Shown in pieces: positions 10,292-20,756 of a DNA stretch of 64,000 bases. The position numbers were made by a program, and so were the translations under genes. The stretch is taken from NCBI GenBank assembly GCA_965261345.1, contig OZ253449.1, forward strand, positions 832,001-896,000. The letters run 5' to 3'. The notes beneath the pieces are model-generated. The model was given only the letters and a program-made list of their open reading frames with translations. It was not told where the DNA came from and made no database searches. The first letter of the stretch is position 1. Each line of letters opens with the position of its first letter. This DNA comes from Chloroflexota bacterium. Its GTDB lineage: Bacteria > Chloroflexota > UBA11872 > VXNJ01.

Positions 10292-10900
10292 TTATCCCGA
10301 AAAGCCGGTGGCGTAGGGCAAACGTTCGTAAACGCGTCGGGCCGCCGGCGCTCCGGCGAGCAGTTCCGACAATGCATCCCAACGCCCCGAAAGGAGGGAA
10401 TCACGGGTAGCGGCGGGCAGCCCAACCGCTACTTGTTCCGATCCAAAGGTCAGGCTCAGGGCCTCGATATCAAGGTGCAGGCCGATTTGCGGCTGCCGCT
10501 CGATCAGGTCTTGCAATCGTGCGGCCAACGGGGCTGGGACGGTTACCAACGGCAGGCCCAGGGTGGTCGCATTGCCAAAGAAAATTTCGGCAAAACTCTC
10601 GCCCACGATCGCTTCGATCCCCCATCGGGCCAGGGCCTGCGGGGCGTGTTCACGCGAGGATCCGGACCCGAAATTGTCATTGACAACCAGGATCTTGGCT
10701 GCGGCGAAGTGTTCATCCTCGAACGGATGCGTGGCGCCGACAGCCTTGCGGACATCCTCAAATACGAATTGACCAAGGCCGTCGAAGGTGATCGCCCGTA
10801 GGTGCCGGGCTGGAATGATCTGGTCGGTGTCGACATTGTTGCCGCGGATCGCAATCGCGGAACCGGAGATTTGCCGGATTGGGGTGCCTGGAGTTCGCAT
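10292..10900 (-). CDS. leuD: 3-isopropylmalate dehydratase small subunit
   Basis: NVDTDQIIP and NFGSGSSREHAP motifs. Confidence 0.95.
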   Translation of the reverse strand: MRTPGTPIRQISGSAIAIRGNNVDTDQIIPARHLRAITFDGLGQFVFEDVRKAVGATHPFEDEHFAAAKILVVNDNFGSGSSREHAPQALARWGIEAIVGESFAEIFFGNATTLGLPLVTVPAPLAARLQDLIERQPQIGLHLDIEALSLTFGSEQVAVGLPAATRDSLLSGRWDALSELLAGAPAARRVYERLPYATGFSG

Positions 10901-12301
10901 CTAGATCGCCGCCCTTACATCGGTTACCGCGCCGGCCAGCGCCGCGGCCGCTACCATGGCTGGGCTCATCAGCAGGGTTCGCCCGGTCGGCGAGCCCTGG
11001 CGGCCGATGAAATTTCGGTTCGAGGAGGATGCCGACACCTGCCGGCCAATCAATTTGTCGGGGTTCATTCCCAAGCACATGGAACAGCCGGCCGCGCGCC
11101 ATTCGAACCCGGCTTCCTGGAAGATCTCGTGCAGGCCTTCGGCCTCGGCCTGGGCCAGCACCTGCTGGGAACCGGGAACCACTATGGCCTTGACCGATCG
11201 GGCTACCCGATTGCCGCGGGCGATCTTGGCTGCTTCGCGCAGATCGGTAATTCGGCTGTTGGTGCAGGATCCAATAAATGCCACGTCGATTGGAAATCCG
11301 CTGATCGGCTGATTTGGCGAAAGGCCCATGAAATCGAGCGTGGCGGCTACCGCGTTCGAGTCGGCGGGGTGGACCGAATCGGGATCTGGAACCGTTTGAC
11401 CGACCCCTACGACCTGTCCGGGGTTGGTGCCCCAGGTAACCATCGGTTCGATCTGGTCACCGGAAAATTCGACCACATCGTCGTAATTGGCGTCGTTGTC
11501 AGAGGCTTGGCCCAACCACCATTCGGCCGCCGTCGCAAAGTTCTGGCTCGGCGGGGCGAAACGGCGTCCCCGCAGGTAGTCGATGGTCTTTTGATCGGGG
11601 TTGACGTAGCCCACCCGGGCGCCGCCCTCGATCGACATGTTGCAGACCGTCATGCGGCCTTCCATCGACATTTGGTCAAAGACCGCTCCGCCGTATTCGT
11701 AAGCGTAGCCGGTGCCACCCTGCACCCCCAGGCTGCCGATGACGTTGAGGATCACGTCCTTCGGGTAGACCCCGCGGCCAAGGCCCCCAACCACTTCGAT
11801 TCGGCGCAGCTTGGGCTTGGAAACGGCCATCGTTTGGGTGGCCAGAACGTCGCGCACCTGCGAGGTTCCGATTCCGAAGGCGATTGCCCCGAGCGCTCCG
11901 TGGGTCGAGGTGTGGGAGTCGCCGCAGGCAATCGTCATGCCCGGCTGCGAAAGCCCCAGCTCAGGGCCGATCACATGCACGATTCCCTGATATCCGGAAG
12001 CCTCGTCAAAGAAGGCCACGCCGGTCCGGGCCATGTTTTTCTCGATCGCCGCGAACATCGCCTCGGCCATCGAATCAGAAAAGGGCCGGGCCGACCCATC
12101 GGTTGGGATGATGTGGTCGACGGTGGCGAAGGTGCGATCCAAGTAGGCCACGTTGAGGCCCAGTTCGGCGAGCATGTCGAACGCCTGCGGGCTGGTTACC
12201 TCATGGACCAGATGCAATCCGATGAACAGTTGCGATTGGCCCGAGGGCAGCTTTGCGACCTCGTGGTTCTCCCAGACCTTGTCGAGCAGTGAAGCGGGCA
12301 T
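10901..12301 (-). CDS. leuC: 3-isopropylmalate dehydratase large subunit
   Basis: [29 protein letters not shown] and NRNF motifs. Confidence 0.97.
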   Translation of the reverse strand: MPASLLDKVWENHEVAKLPSGQSQLFIGLHLVHEVTSPQAFDMLAELGLNVAYLDRTFATVDHIIPTDGSARPFSDSMAEAMFAAIEKNMARTGVAFFDEASGYQGIVHVIGPELGLSQPGMTIACGDSHTSTHGALGAIAFGIGTSQVRDVLATQTMAVSKPKLRRIEVVGGLGRGVYPKDVILNVIGSLGVQGGTGYAYEYGGAVFDQMSMEGRMTVCNMSIEGGARVGYVNPDQKTIDYLRGRRFAPPSQNFATAAEWWLGQASDNDANYDDVVEFSGDQIEPMVTWGTNPGQVVGVGQTVPDPDSVHPADSNAVAATLDFMGLSPNQPISGFPIDVAFIGSCTNSRITDLREAAKIARGNRVARSVKAIVVPGSQQVLAQAEAEGLHEIFQEAGFEWRAAGCSMCLGMNPDKLIGRQVSASSSNRNFIGRQGSPTGRTLLMSPAMVAAAALAGAVTDVRAAI

Positions 12302-12332
12302 GGTTAACCGATCATTTCAATGAATTGGGTAG

Positions 12333-13883
12333 TTAGGCCGGCTGGGCGGCGGCGGACTTAGCATCGGCCGCGGAAAACTCCGCGGTCAGACGGTTGAGCC
12401 CATTGACGAACGCGTTGGCCGACGCCACCAGGATGTCGGTGTCGACCCCGTGACCGCTGGCCGTTCGATTTTCACTCTCAATCCGCACGATGACCTCACC
12501 GAGCGAGTCGGTAGATTCTGAAACCGCCGAAATCGAGAAATCGGTCAGATCGACCTCCATTCCGGTGGCCTCCATGATCGCCTTGTAGACCGCATCGACT
12601 GGCCCATCGCCCATCGCCGCAGTCTGAACCGGGTTGTCGTCAACTAGCACCCGCACCGTCGCCGTCGGGACACCAAATGTCCCGCACGAGACCTGGACCA
12701 TCTCCAGCTTGAATCGCTGTTGACGCTGCAGGCGCAGGCGTGCGCCGACGATCGCGTCCAGCTCCTGGTCGGTAATTTCCTTTTTGCGATCGGCAACCCG
12801 CTTGAACTCGTCGAAGACCTCCTGGAAGGAGTCTTCGTCGTCGATGCTGATTCCCATCTGCAGGAGATGGTTGCGGAAGGCATGGCGACCAGAGAATTTG
12901 CCCAGCACGATGCGCGAGGAATGGTGTCCCACATCGTCGGGTCGCATGATCTCGTAATTGATCGAATTCTTTAGCACCCCATCCTGATGCAGTCCGGAGG
13001 AGTGGGCGAAGGCGTTGGCGCCTACGATCGCCTTGTTTGGCGGAACCGGCATCCCCATCAGGTTGGAAACCAATCGGCTGGTTCGATAGAGTTCGCCGGT
13101 GTTGATCTGCGTATCGGCCCGATAGTAATCCGAGCGGGTTCGCAGGGCCATTACGATTTCCTCTAGCGAGGCGTTGCCGGCGCGTTCGCCGACACCGTTT
13201 ATCGTGCATTCGACCTGCGATACGCCCTTGGCCACGCCGGTGAGCGAATTGGCCACCGCGTGGCCTAGGTCGTCATGACAGTGCACCGAAACGATCACTC
13301 CGCCGATGCCAGGGACGTTTTGCATGCAATATTCGACCAGCGATCCAAATTCCCCCGGCATCGAATAGCCCACCGTGTCGGGTATGTTGACGATGGTGGC
13401 CCCGGCGGCGATAGCCGCCGCGAACACCTCGACCAGATATTGGGGGTCTGAACGAGTTGCGTCCATCGTCGAAAACTCGACCCGCGGACAGAGTCGGCGG
13501 GCCAATTCGACGGTCGATCGGGTCAGTTCGAGCACTTCCTGGCGGGTCATGTTCAGCTGATTTTGCAGGTGCACGTCAGACGTCGAAATTACGGTGTGCA
13601 GGAGTGGGCGCTCGGCCTCGCGCAGGGCCTCCCAGGTCCGCTCAATCTGGTAGTCGCGGAATCCCGAGAGGGCCGCGATCTCCACCTCGCGCAACTGGCG
13701 GCACATCCGGGTTACCGCCTCGAAATCGCCCGGCGAGGTCGATGGAAATCCAGCCTCGATTACGGTGACGCCCAGCTTTTCGAGCTGGGTGCCGATCTCC
13801 AGTTTTTCATCGAGCGCCAACGCCCCGCCGGCGGCCTGTTCGCCGTCGCGCAGCGTTGTGTCAAAGATGCGTATGTCGCGCAT
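12333..13883 (-). CDS. leuA: 2-isopropylmalate synthase
   Basis: FDTTLRDGEQ, PDTVG, HCHDDLG and GERAGNA motifs. Confidence 0.95.
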   Translation of the reverse strand: MRDIRIFDTTLRDGEQAAGGALALDEKLEIGTQLEKLGVTVIEAGFPSTSPGDFEAVTRMCRQLREVEIAALSGFRDYQIERTWEALREAERPLLHTVISTSDVHLQNQLNMTRQEVLELTRSTVELARRLCPRVEFSTMDATRSDPQYLVEVFAAAIAAGATIVNIPDTVGYSMPGEFGSLVEYCMQNVPGIGGVIVSVHCHDDLGHAVANSLTGVAKGVSQVECTINGVGERAGNASLEEIVMALRTRSDYYRADTQINTGELYRTSRLVSNLMGMPVPPNKAIVGANAFAHSSGLHQDGVLKNSINYEIMRPDDVGHHSSRIVLGKFSGRHAFRNHLLQMGISIDDEDSFQEVFDEFKRVADRKKEITDQELDAIVGARLRLQRQQRFKLEMVQVSCGTFGVPTATVRVLVDDNPVQTAAMGDGPVDAVYKAIMEATGMEVDLTDFSISAVSESTDSLGEVIVRIESENRTASGHGVDTDILVASANAFVNGLNRLTAEFSAADAKSAAAQPA

Positions 13884-14072
13884 CCAACTTCCCCTTAAGT
13901 TGCCGAAATATTTAAAAGTTTTGGGTGTCCGCCAGTGTTTTCTGGGAATACCTTAGCGGCGGTATCGGTTCTGGGCTCAGACCCCCCTGCCGTCGATCGC
14001 CGGCGAGGGGCCGCTAAGCGCGAGCAGTAGCCGGCATTGCAACCGCGGAGTGGGGAAGGGGGAAGACTTCAT
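13884..14072 (-). promoter_or_regulatory. putative leucine leader peptide (13977-14072) and RNA switch upstream of leuA
   Basis: 31-aa uORF MKSSPFPTPRLQCRLLLALSGPSPAIDGRGV with Leu codons CTA CTG CTC..CTT, alternative helices, and a segment complementary to the leuA SD. Confidence 0.65.
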
Positions 14073-14107
14073 GGGCAGATTCTAAGATGCCACCGCGCGC
14101 TTTCCGG

Positions 14108-15109
14108 TCAGGCGCGACGGCTCCGCAGATGTGGCATCATGGACCGCAGGCGCGACCCAACTTCTTCAAGCTGGCTTTCCTTATCCTTCTGGCGCAGCGC
14201 CGAGTAGGACGGTCTACCAGCCTGATTTTCCAGGATCCAGCGGGTGGCAAAGTTGCCGTTCTGAATGTCGGCGAGGATTTCCTGCATCGCCCGGCGCGAC
14301 TCCGGGCCGATCACTCGTGGACCGGAAACCAGGTCACCGAATTCGGCGGTATCGGAAACAGAATAGCGCATGTAATCGATTCCGCCCTGGTACATGAGAT
14401 CGACGATCAATTTGAGCTCGTGAAGGCATTCGAAATAGGCCAGCTCGGGGGCGTAACCGGCCCCGACCAGGGTCTCGAATCCGGCTTTGACCAGGGCCGT
14501 GGCGCCACCGCAGAGAACCGCCTGTTCGCCGAACAGATCGGTTTCAGTTTCATCGCGGAAGGTAGTTTCGATCAATCCGGCCTTGGTCGCGCCGATGGCC
14601 TTGGCGTAGGCCATGGTCAACTGGCGGGCGCGCCCCGAGGCATCCTGGTGCACCGCGAACAACGCCGGAACTCCGACTCCCTCTTCAAACATGTCACGGA
14701 CAATGTGCCCGGGGCCCTTGGGAGCGACCATAGCCACATCCACATCGGCGGGTGGGCGAACCTGGCCGTAGTGGATGTTGAAACCGTGCGCGAACATGAG
14801 CATGTCACCCGACCCAAGGTTCGGCGCGATGTCGTTTTCATAGGCATCCGGCGCGTTCTGGTCAGGGACCAGGACCATCGCGATATCCGAAGCCGCGACC
14901 GCCTCGGCGGTGGGCAGCACCAGCAGATCGGCACTTTCCGCGCGGGCCCAGGAAGGGGATCCCTCACGCAGGCCGATGACGACGTCTATCCCGGAGTCTT
15001 TGAGGTTTAGCGAGTGAGCATGACCCTGGCTGCCGTAGCCGATTACGGCAATTTTTTTGCCGCCCAGCTCGTCCATGTCGGCGTCAGAGTCGTAGTAAAC
15101 ATCAACCAT
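14108..15109 (-). CDS. ilvC: ketol-acid reductoisomerase
   Basis: GYGSQG, APKGPG and [16 protein letters not shown] motifs. Confidence 0.97.
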   Translation of the reverse strand: MVDVYYDSDADMDELGGKKIAVIGYGSQGHAHSLNLKDSGIDVVIGLREGSPSWARAESADLLVLPTAEAVAASDIAMVLVPDQNAPDAYENDIAPNLGSGDMLMFAHGFNIHYGQVRPPADVDVAMVAPKGPGHIVRDMFEEGVGVPALFAVHQDASGRARQLTMAYAKAIGATKAGLIETTFRDETETDLFGEQAVLCGGATALVKAGFETLVGAGYAPELAYFECLHELKLIVDLMYQGGIDYMRYSVSDTAEFGDLVSGPRVIGPESRRAMQEILADIQNGNFATRWILENQAGRPSYSALRQKDKESQLEEVGSRLRSMMPHLRSRRA

Positions 15110-15113
15110 CTAG

Positions 15114-15662
15114 TTATTTCCTTAGTCCGTTGCTGGAACCGGCCTTGGCCATGATTGGGCGAGCAGCGATTGAACCGCGGGCCATGGCAACTACGCCAGT
15201 GCGGGCCAGTTCGAGGATGCCAAAGTCCTTTGCAATCTGCAGAAAGCGGTCGATCGAATAGGGCGAAGCGGTCAGTTCGATCATGAGGTGATCGCGCCCG
15301 ACATCGTCAACCCGCCCACCGAAAACCTGGGCCAGGCTGATGATTTCGGCACGATTGGCACCGGTCGCGGCAATTCGGATCAGGGCCACTTCCTTCTGCA
15401 CGGTATCGATACCGGACAGATCGTTGACCTTGAGGACTTCGATGACCTTGTAGAGCTGCTTTTCTACCTGCTTAACCGCGGCCTCATCCCCTTCAACAAC
15501 GATTGTCATTCGAGAAATCCCCGGTGTTTCGGAGTGCCCGACCGCCAGCGAAGCGAGGTTGAAATTGCGGCGCCGCAGAACCATAGTGACCTTGGCCAAG
15601 ACCCCGGGGCGGTCCTGCACCAACGCCATGACGGTGTTGAGGCGCGATTGTGAAACGCTCAA
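15114..15662 (-). CDS. ilvN: acetolactate synthase small subunit
   Basis: ACT domain DRPGVL...RRNFNL and ELARTG. Confidence 0.93.
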   Translation of the reverse strand: MSVSQSRLNTVMALVQDRPGVLAKVTMVLRRRNFNLASLAVGHSETPGISRMTIVVEGDEAAVKQVEKQLYKVIEVLKVNDLSGIDTVQKEVALIRIAATGANRAEIISLAQVFGGRVDDVGRDHLMIELTASPYSIDRFLQIAKDFGILELARTGVVAMARGSIAARPIMAKAGSSNGLRK

Positions 15663-15666
15663 TTGG

Positions 15667-17346
15667 CTAGCGCTCCACCGTCTCGCCGAGCGAGGCGCCG
15701 GGAATCACCATCGGCATGCAGTCCTCCAGCTCGTCGACTAGGAAGTCGATTACCACCGGCCCATCTATCTCACGGGCGGCCGCGATCGCCTCGTCGGCCT
15801 CGGCCTGAGTGGAGGCCCGAAACCCTGGGATCCCGTAGGCTTCGGCCACCTTGTCAAACGGTGGATTGGCCAGTCGTGCTCCCAGCAGGCGGCCACCATA
15901 GAAGCGACTCTGCCATTGCCGGATCATGCCGAGGTGGCCATTGTTCATGATGCCGACCTTGACCGGAATTTGAAATTCGGCCAGGGTGGCAAATTCCTGG
16001 ATGTTGATCTGCAGCCCGCCGTCGCCGGTCACGCACCAGACTTCGTCGTCGGGACAGGCAACCGAAACTCCCAGCGCGGCCGGCAGGGCATAGCCCATCG
16101 GCCCGGTGCCGCCAGCCGAGAAAAACTGCAGTGGGCGGTCGTAGAAATAGTTTTGCGAGGCCCACATCTGGTTCTGGCCGACATCGGCGATCACCTTGGC
16201 CCGCCCCCCAGAATGCTCGTAGATCTTGCGTACCATGTGCTGCGGCAAAAAGTTCTCGACCTGCGGCGGCTCGTGTGAAGGGTGATCGAGCTTTAGCTGT
16301 TCCAGGTAGGCAAGCCACTCCTGGTTCTGGGGCGGCGTTACGATCTGGTTGAGCAGCGCCAGCGTAGGTTTGGCGTCACCCACAATCGGCACCGCAGTCG
16401 GCACGATCTTGCCGATTTCGGCCGGATCGACGTCGATGTGGATGATCTTTGCACCGGGCGCGAAATCGGCCACCCGTCCGGTGACTCGATCGTCGAAGCG
16501 GCAGCCGATTCCGATCACCAGGTCGCTGTTGTGGACCGCCATGTTGGCGTAATACATGCCGTGCATACCCAGCATGCCCAGCGACAGTGGATGGCGTTCG
16601 GGGAAACAGCCGACGCCATGCAGAGTGGTTATTACCGGTAGCTTGTTCGCGGTAGCCAGGGCGAAGAGTTCGTCCCAGGCCCCCGAAATCGCCACGCCGT
16701 GACCGGCCATGATCACCGGCCGTTTGGAGGCGCTGATCAGGTCGGCCGCCCGCCGGATCATCAGCTTGTGGCCGGCCCCAACTGGGCGGTAGCCGGGAAC
16801 GCTCACCTCATCCGGGATCGGGGCGCTGGATTCGGCCAGAAAGACGTCTTTAGGAATGTCGACGTGCACCGGCCCCGGTCGTCCGGATCGTGCCAGGTAG
16901 AAGGCTTCCTTCATGATGTGCGGCAGCTCGTCGGGATCGGTGACCAGGTAGTTCTGCTTGGTCACCGGGATCGAACACCCGGTAGCGTCGGTCTCCTGGA
17001 ATGCGTCGGTGCCAATGAATTCACGGGCCACCTGCCCGGTTATGTATACGACCGGGACCGAATCCATTAGCGCCGAGGCCATCGAGGTCACAAAATTTGT
17101 GGCCCCGGGGCCCGAGGTCGAAGTTGCTACCCCGACCTGATTCTTGGCGCGCGCATATCCGTCGGCGGCAAACCCAGCGCCCTGTTCGTGGCGCGTGAGG
17201 AAATGGCGAATCTGCGGGTAGTGGTAAAGGGCATCATAAAGCGGTAGGCTGGCTCCGCCGGGCATGCCGAAAATGGCATCAACGCCTTCCTGTAGCATCA
17301 CCTCGCACACGATTTGTCCACCGGTGCGGGTACGGTCGGTGCTCAT
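15667..17346 (-). CDS. ilvB: acetolactate synthase large subunit
   Basis: FGMPGG, TSGPGATN, DAFQE, GMLGMHG, RFDDRVTG and GDGG motifs. Confidence 0.95.
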   Translation of the reverse strand: MSTDRTRTGGQIVCEVMLQEGVDAIFGMPGGASLPLYDALYHYPQIRHFLTRHEQGAGFAADGYARAKNQVGVATSTSGPGATNFVTSMASALMDSVPVVYITGQVAREFIGTDAFQETDATGCSIPVTKQNYLVTDPDELPHIMKEAFYLARSGRPGPVHVDIPKDVFLAESSAPIPDEVSVPGYRPVGAGHKLMIRRAADLISASKRPVIMAGHGVAISGAWDELFALATANKLPVITTLHGVGCFPERHPLSLGMLGMHGMYYANMAVHNSDLVIGIGCRFDDRVTGRVADFAPGAKIIHIDVDPAEIGKIVPTAVPIVGDAKPTLALLNQIVTPPQNQEWLAYLEQLKLDHPSHEPPQVENFLPQHMVRKIYEHSGGRAKVIADVGQNQMWASQNYFYDRPLQFFSAGGTGPMGYALPAALGVSVACPDDEVWCVTGDGGLQINIQEFATLAEFQIPVKVGIMNNGHLGMIRQWQSRFYGGRLLGARLANPPFDKVAEAYGIPGFRASTQAEADEAIAAAREIDGPVVIDFLVDELEDCMPMVIPGASLGETVER

Positions 17347-17492
17347 TGAAAAAGTCCTTGCCTGGGGTCTAGTGGATTGGGTAATTGAAGATTGGAGCGG
17401 GTTATCGGTTTGGTTTTCGAGAGCCGCCCTGCCTAGCTAGGCAAACAGCTCTCGCCGCCTACGGTAACCGGTACCAGCCTCTGGATCCCCAA
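17347..17492 (-). promoter_or_regulatory. putative ilv leader peptide (17433-17492) with hairpin over its stop codon
   Basis: TTG-started uORF (M)GIQRLVPVTVGGESCLPS; hairpin GAGAGCTGTTTGCCT-AGCT-AGGCAGGGCGGCTCTC. Confidence 0.45.
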
Positions 17493-17685
17493 TCGGCGAA
17501 CTGCGCTAAGGCCCAAAACGGGGCCGGGCCGGAAGGACGGAAACCGCCCGCGGCAGACAAAAAGCTCGAGATTGATAAGGAAGAACTTGCGACTATAAGG
17601 TAGCGCGCCCGATTTTATGTTGTCAGCCCAACCCCCGGGGGGAACACGGTCGGGTTCGATAGCCTCCGGCAGGCGGCAGCCCGGT

Positions 17686-18417
17686 TTAGCGGGTTCGGCC
17701 TGGCAATTCGACTGGCACCCCCGGCACAAGCTGCAGGATCTGGGGTTTGGCTGCCCCGCCCAACCCGGCGATAAGGCTCGAGGCGTCCTGGGCCAGCATC
17801 GGGAACGTCTGATAGTGGCAGGGGATAACGTACTCGCAGCCCAGCATCCGCGCGGCCCGGGCAGCATGGGTGCCATCCATCGTAAAGTGCCCTCCGATCG
17901 GCAGCACCGCCAGGTTCGGGCGGTAGAGTTCGCCGATAAGCGTCAGATCGCCAAAGAGTGCGGTGTCACCGGCAAAGTAGATTGACCGTCCGTCCGCCAA
18001 CGCCACCACGTAGCCTACCGGCACGCCGGCGTAGACGATGCCGTCGCCCACCTTCAGCGATGACGTGTGCTTGGCCTCGACCATGCTCACCGAGGAGCCT
18101 CCGATCTCAACCGTTCCGCCCAGGTTCATCGCCTGGGTGGAGGATTCGGAAAGTCCCTGGGGAAAAAGATGGATCGCCGCCTCAAGTACTGCCACCACGG
18201 TCGCCTGCGGATTCAGGTCAAGAGTCGTCAGCAGGCCGCCGACGTGGTCTTCGTGCCCGTGGGTGAGCAAGATGGCGTCGATTCCGCGCTGCTCGTGTTC
18301 GGCCGACGGGCAGGAGGGGTTGTCGGCCAGCCAGGGGTCGACCAGGATTGTTTCACCGGAGGGGGTCTCCAGCCTAAAGGTCGCATGTCCAAGCCAGGTA
18401 ATGGCTCCCGCTTCCAT
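17686..18417 (-). CDS. metal-dependent hydrolase, metallo-beta-lactamase fold (UPF0173-like)
   Basis: ITWLGHA, VDPW, THGHEDH, AGDT, LPIGG and PCHY motifs. Confidence 0.88.
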   Translation of the reverse strand: MEAGAITWLGHATFRLETPSGETILVDPWLADNPSCPSAEHEQRGIDAILLTHGHEDHVGGLLTTLDLNPQATVVAVLEAAIHLFPQGLSESSTQAMNLGGTVEIGGSSVSMVEAKHTSSLKVGDGIVYAGVPVGYVVALADGRSIYFAGDTALFGDLTLIGELYRPNLAVLPIGGHFTMDGTHAARAARMLGCEYVIPCHYQTFPMLAQDASSLIAGLGGAAKPQILQLVPGVPVELPGRTR

Positions 18418-18448
18418 GGGCAAGTTCCAGTCGGGTGGTTTTGCGAAC

Positions 18449-19204
18449 ATGAATATAACACCGGCATTGGACGCCAAGGGAATGTGGACCGGGCGGAACA
18501 GAACTGTGCAGACCTGGCTTGAATCCTCCAACCGCCTTCACCTAATTGGCGGGGACTCCAATCGACGGACGCAATTACTCGTTGCCCTGGCGGTGCTGCT
18601 GCTGGTGATCATGCAGGCCGACGAGCTAAACATCTTTACCGCGACCCTGGTCGGTGGCTTCGGCGCATGGATCGTAGGACTGCTATTGCGCCGCAGCATC
18701 GAGGTCGTCATCGACCGCCAATTCCGGGTGGTCATCGTTCGGCGGCGCGACCTGTTTGGCGTCTTTTCGTTTGGCGACGAAGTGTTTGAGCTGTCGCAGC
18801 TGGAATCAATTCCGGTGGCCGCGCGCAAGCGCTACGTCGCATTCGGGCCGGAGTCATTCTGGTTGCTGGGGGTCAAGTTCACAGGCCAGGAAACCGTGAT
18901 CGTTGGAACCGTGCACGGCGAATCGCGCCGCGTAGAGGTGGTGCTAAACGAGATTTCGGAATTTCTTTCCGCCCCCTTGGCCGAAGATTCGTTTCGGGCC
19001 GGCGCCCGAATGAACATCGGGCCGCAGGGCCTGCTGGCCGAATTGCTAGATTCCGAAGCGACCGTGCGGATCGGACAGGTGCTCTGCCTGGTAATGGTCC
19101 TGCTGTCATTGTTTGCCGCCCCCGGTATGGCGATTTTCTACCTGATCGCGCTGTTCCTGGGCACCTGGTTTGACTGGTTAGCGCGGCGCGGCGACCGCTC
19201 TTAG
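18449..19204 (+). CDS. hypothetical membrane protein
   Basis: About four TM-like segments; start uncertain (ATG 18449 or GTG 18506). Confidence 0.55.
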   Translation: MNITPALDAKGMWTGRNRTVQTWLESSNRLHLIGGDSNRRTQLLVALAVLLLVIMQADELNIFTATLVGGFGAWIVGLLLRRSIEVVIDRQFRVVIVRRRDLFGVFSFGDEVFELSQLESIPVAARKRYVAFGPESFWLLGVKFTGQETVIVGTVHGESRRVEVVLNEISEFLSAPLAEDSFRAGARMNIGPQGLLAELLDSEATVRIGQVLCLVMVLLSLFAAPGMAIFYLIALFLGTWFDWLARRGDRS

Positions 19205-19252
19205 CAGTTGGCGACGGTCAGGCTGGCGTCCGGAGCCGGATTCCGTTGATAC

Positions 19253-19984
19253 CTAGCCGCTGCCCAGGTAGGCATTGGCAACTTCCGGGTCCGAGCGCAG
19301 TGTCGCGGCCGGCCCCTGTTTGACTACCTGCCCGTTCTGGAGAACGTACCCTCGGTCGGCCACCGCAAACGCGGCGTTGGCGTTCTGTTCAACCAGCAGG
19401 ATCGTGGTGCCGGCGGAATTGATTTCGCCAATCTTGGTAAATATTTCCTGTACCAGGATCGGCGCTATCCCCATCGACGGCTCGTCCAGCAATAGCAGAT
19501 CGGGCGCAGCCATGAGTCCGCGCCCGATGGCCAGCATCTGCTGTTCGCCGCCCGAGAGTGTGCCGCCGGCCTGGCCGGCGCGCTCGCGCAGCCGGGGAAA
19601 TAGCTCGAAAACCGAGCGCAGTGACTCCTCGCGCTCGCTCCGGCTGGTCCGTGTATATGCGCCGAGCCGCAGGTTTTCAGCCACGCTCAGACGGGAGAAG
19701 ATTCGGCGGCCCTCGGGCACGTGGACGATTCCCAGTTCGACCACCGCATGGGCAGGCACGGGGTTGATGGATTGCTCATCAAAGGTAATGTCACCAGCGT
19801 AGGCGACCAACTTCGAGATCGCCTTCAGGATGGTTGATTTGCCGGCTCCGTTGGCACCAATAAGGCAGACTATCTCGCCGCGGCCGACTGCAAAGCTCAC
19901 ATCGCGCAGGGCCTCGATTCCACCGTAGTGGACGCTTACCCGGTCAACTTTCAGGATCTGCCCCGGTGCCGATGACGCGGTCAA
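19253..19984 (-). CDS. livF: branched-chain amino acid ABC transporter ATP-binding protein
   Basis: GANGAGKS, VPEGRRIF and LSGGEQQMLAIGR motifs. Confidence 0.92.
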   Translation of the reverse strand: MTASSAPGQILKVDRVSVHYGGIEALRDVSFAVGRGEIVCLIGANGAGKSTILKAISKLVAYAGDITFDEQSINPVPAHAVVELGIVHVPEGRRIFSRLSVAENLRLGAYTRTSRSEREESLRSVFELFPRLRERAGQAGGTLSGGEQQMLAIGRGLMAAPDLLLLDEPSMGIAPILVQEIFTKIGEINSAGTTILLVEQNANAAFAVADRGYVLQNGQVVKQGPAATLRSDPEVANAYLGSG

Positions 19985-20754
19985 AACCCGGTGCCCAGAT
20001 AGGCCTCGATTACCGCCGGGTGGGCCCGCACCATGGCCGGCGGGCCAGCGGCGATCCCTGATCCGAAATTGAGCACCGCCACTTGGTCGCTGATCGACAT
20101 GACGACGTTCATGTTGTGCTCAATTAGCAGCACCGTCAGGTCCAATTGCGACCGCAATCGCTCAATCAGGTTCGCCAGCTGCGCACTCTCGACCCCACTC
20201 ATGCCGGCCGAGGGTTCGTCCAGCAATAGCAGTTTTGGATCGGCGGCCAGGGCCCGCGCAATCTCGACTCGACGTTGCAGCCCATAGGGAAGCGCGCTCG
20301 CGCGCTCGTCGGCCGCGCCCGCCAGGCCGAGCAGGTCCAGCAGCTGCCAGGTTCGCAGCTCCGATGCTCGCTCCTGGGCGCGGGCCCGGGGCGAGGAGAG
20401 AAGGGCGCCAATAATCGAAGCATTCCCGATCCGGTGCTGACCGACCTGGACATTTTCATACACCGACATCGCGTCGAAAAGACGTATGTTCTGGAAGGTT
20501 CGGGCAATGCCCGAGCCCGCAACCGCCTCAGGTGCAAGTCCGCCGATTTGCCGCCCGCGGAATTCAATCCGCCCGCTGTCGGCCTTCTCAAACCCGGTGA
20601 TGACGTTGAAAAAAGTCGATTTTCCGGCCCCATTAGGTCCGATCAACCCCACGATCGTCCCACTGGCGATATCGATTGAAAAGCGGTCCAGCGCGACCAC
20701 CCCGCCGAAGCGCTTGGTCACCGCCCGGGCGGAAAAGAACTCCCTGTTCGCCAC
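19981..20754 (-). CDS. livG: branched-chain amino acid ABC transporter ATP-binding protein
   Basis: GPNGAGKS, RTFQNIRLF and LPYGLQRRVEIARAL motifs; start at GTG 20754. Confidence 0.92.
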   Translation of the reverse strand: MANREFFSARAVTKRFGGVVALDRFSIDIASGTIVGLIGPNGAGKSTFFNVITGFEKADSGRIEFRGRQIGGLAPEAVAGSGIARTFQNIRLFDAMSVYENVQVGQHRIGNASIIGALLSSPRARAQERASELRTWQLLDLLGLAGAADERASALPYGLQRRVEIARALAADPKLLLLDEPSAGMSGVESAQLANLIERLRSQLDLTVLLIEHNMNVVMSISDQVAVLNFGSGIAAGPPAMVRAHPAVIEAYLGTGF

Positions 20755-20756
20755 CG

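Noticed and set aside
10802-12292. Long antisense ORFs (for example 496 aa opposite leuC, and others opposite ilvC and the Mo subunit)
   Set aside because: Shadow frames expected from high-GC codon bias; no recognisable motifs.
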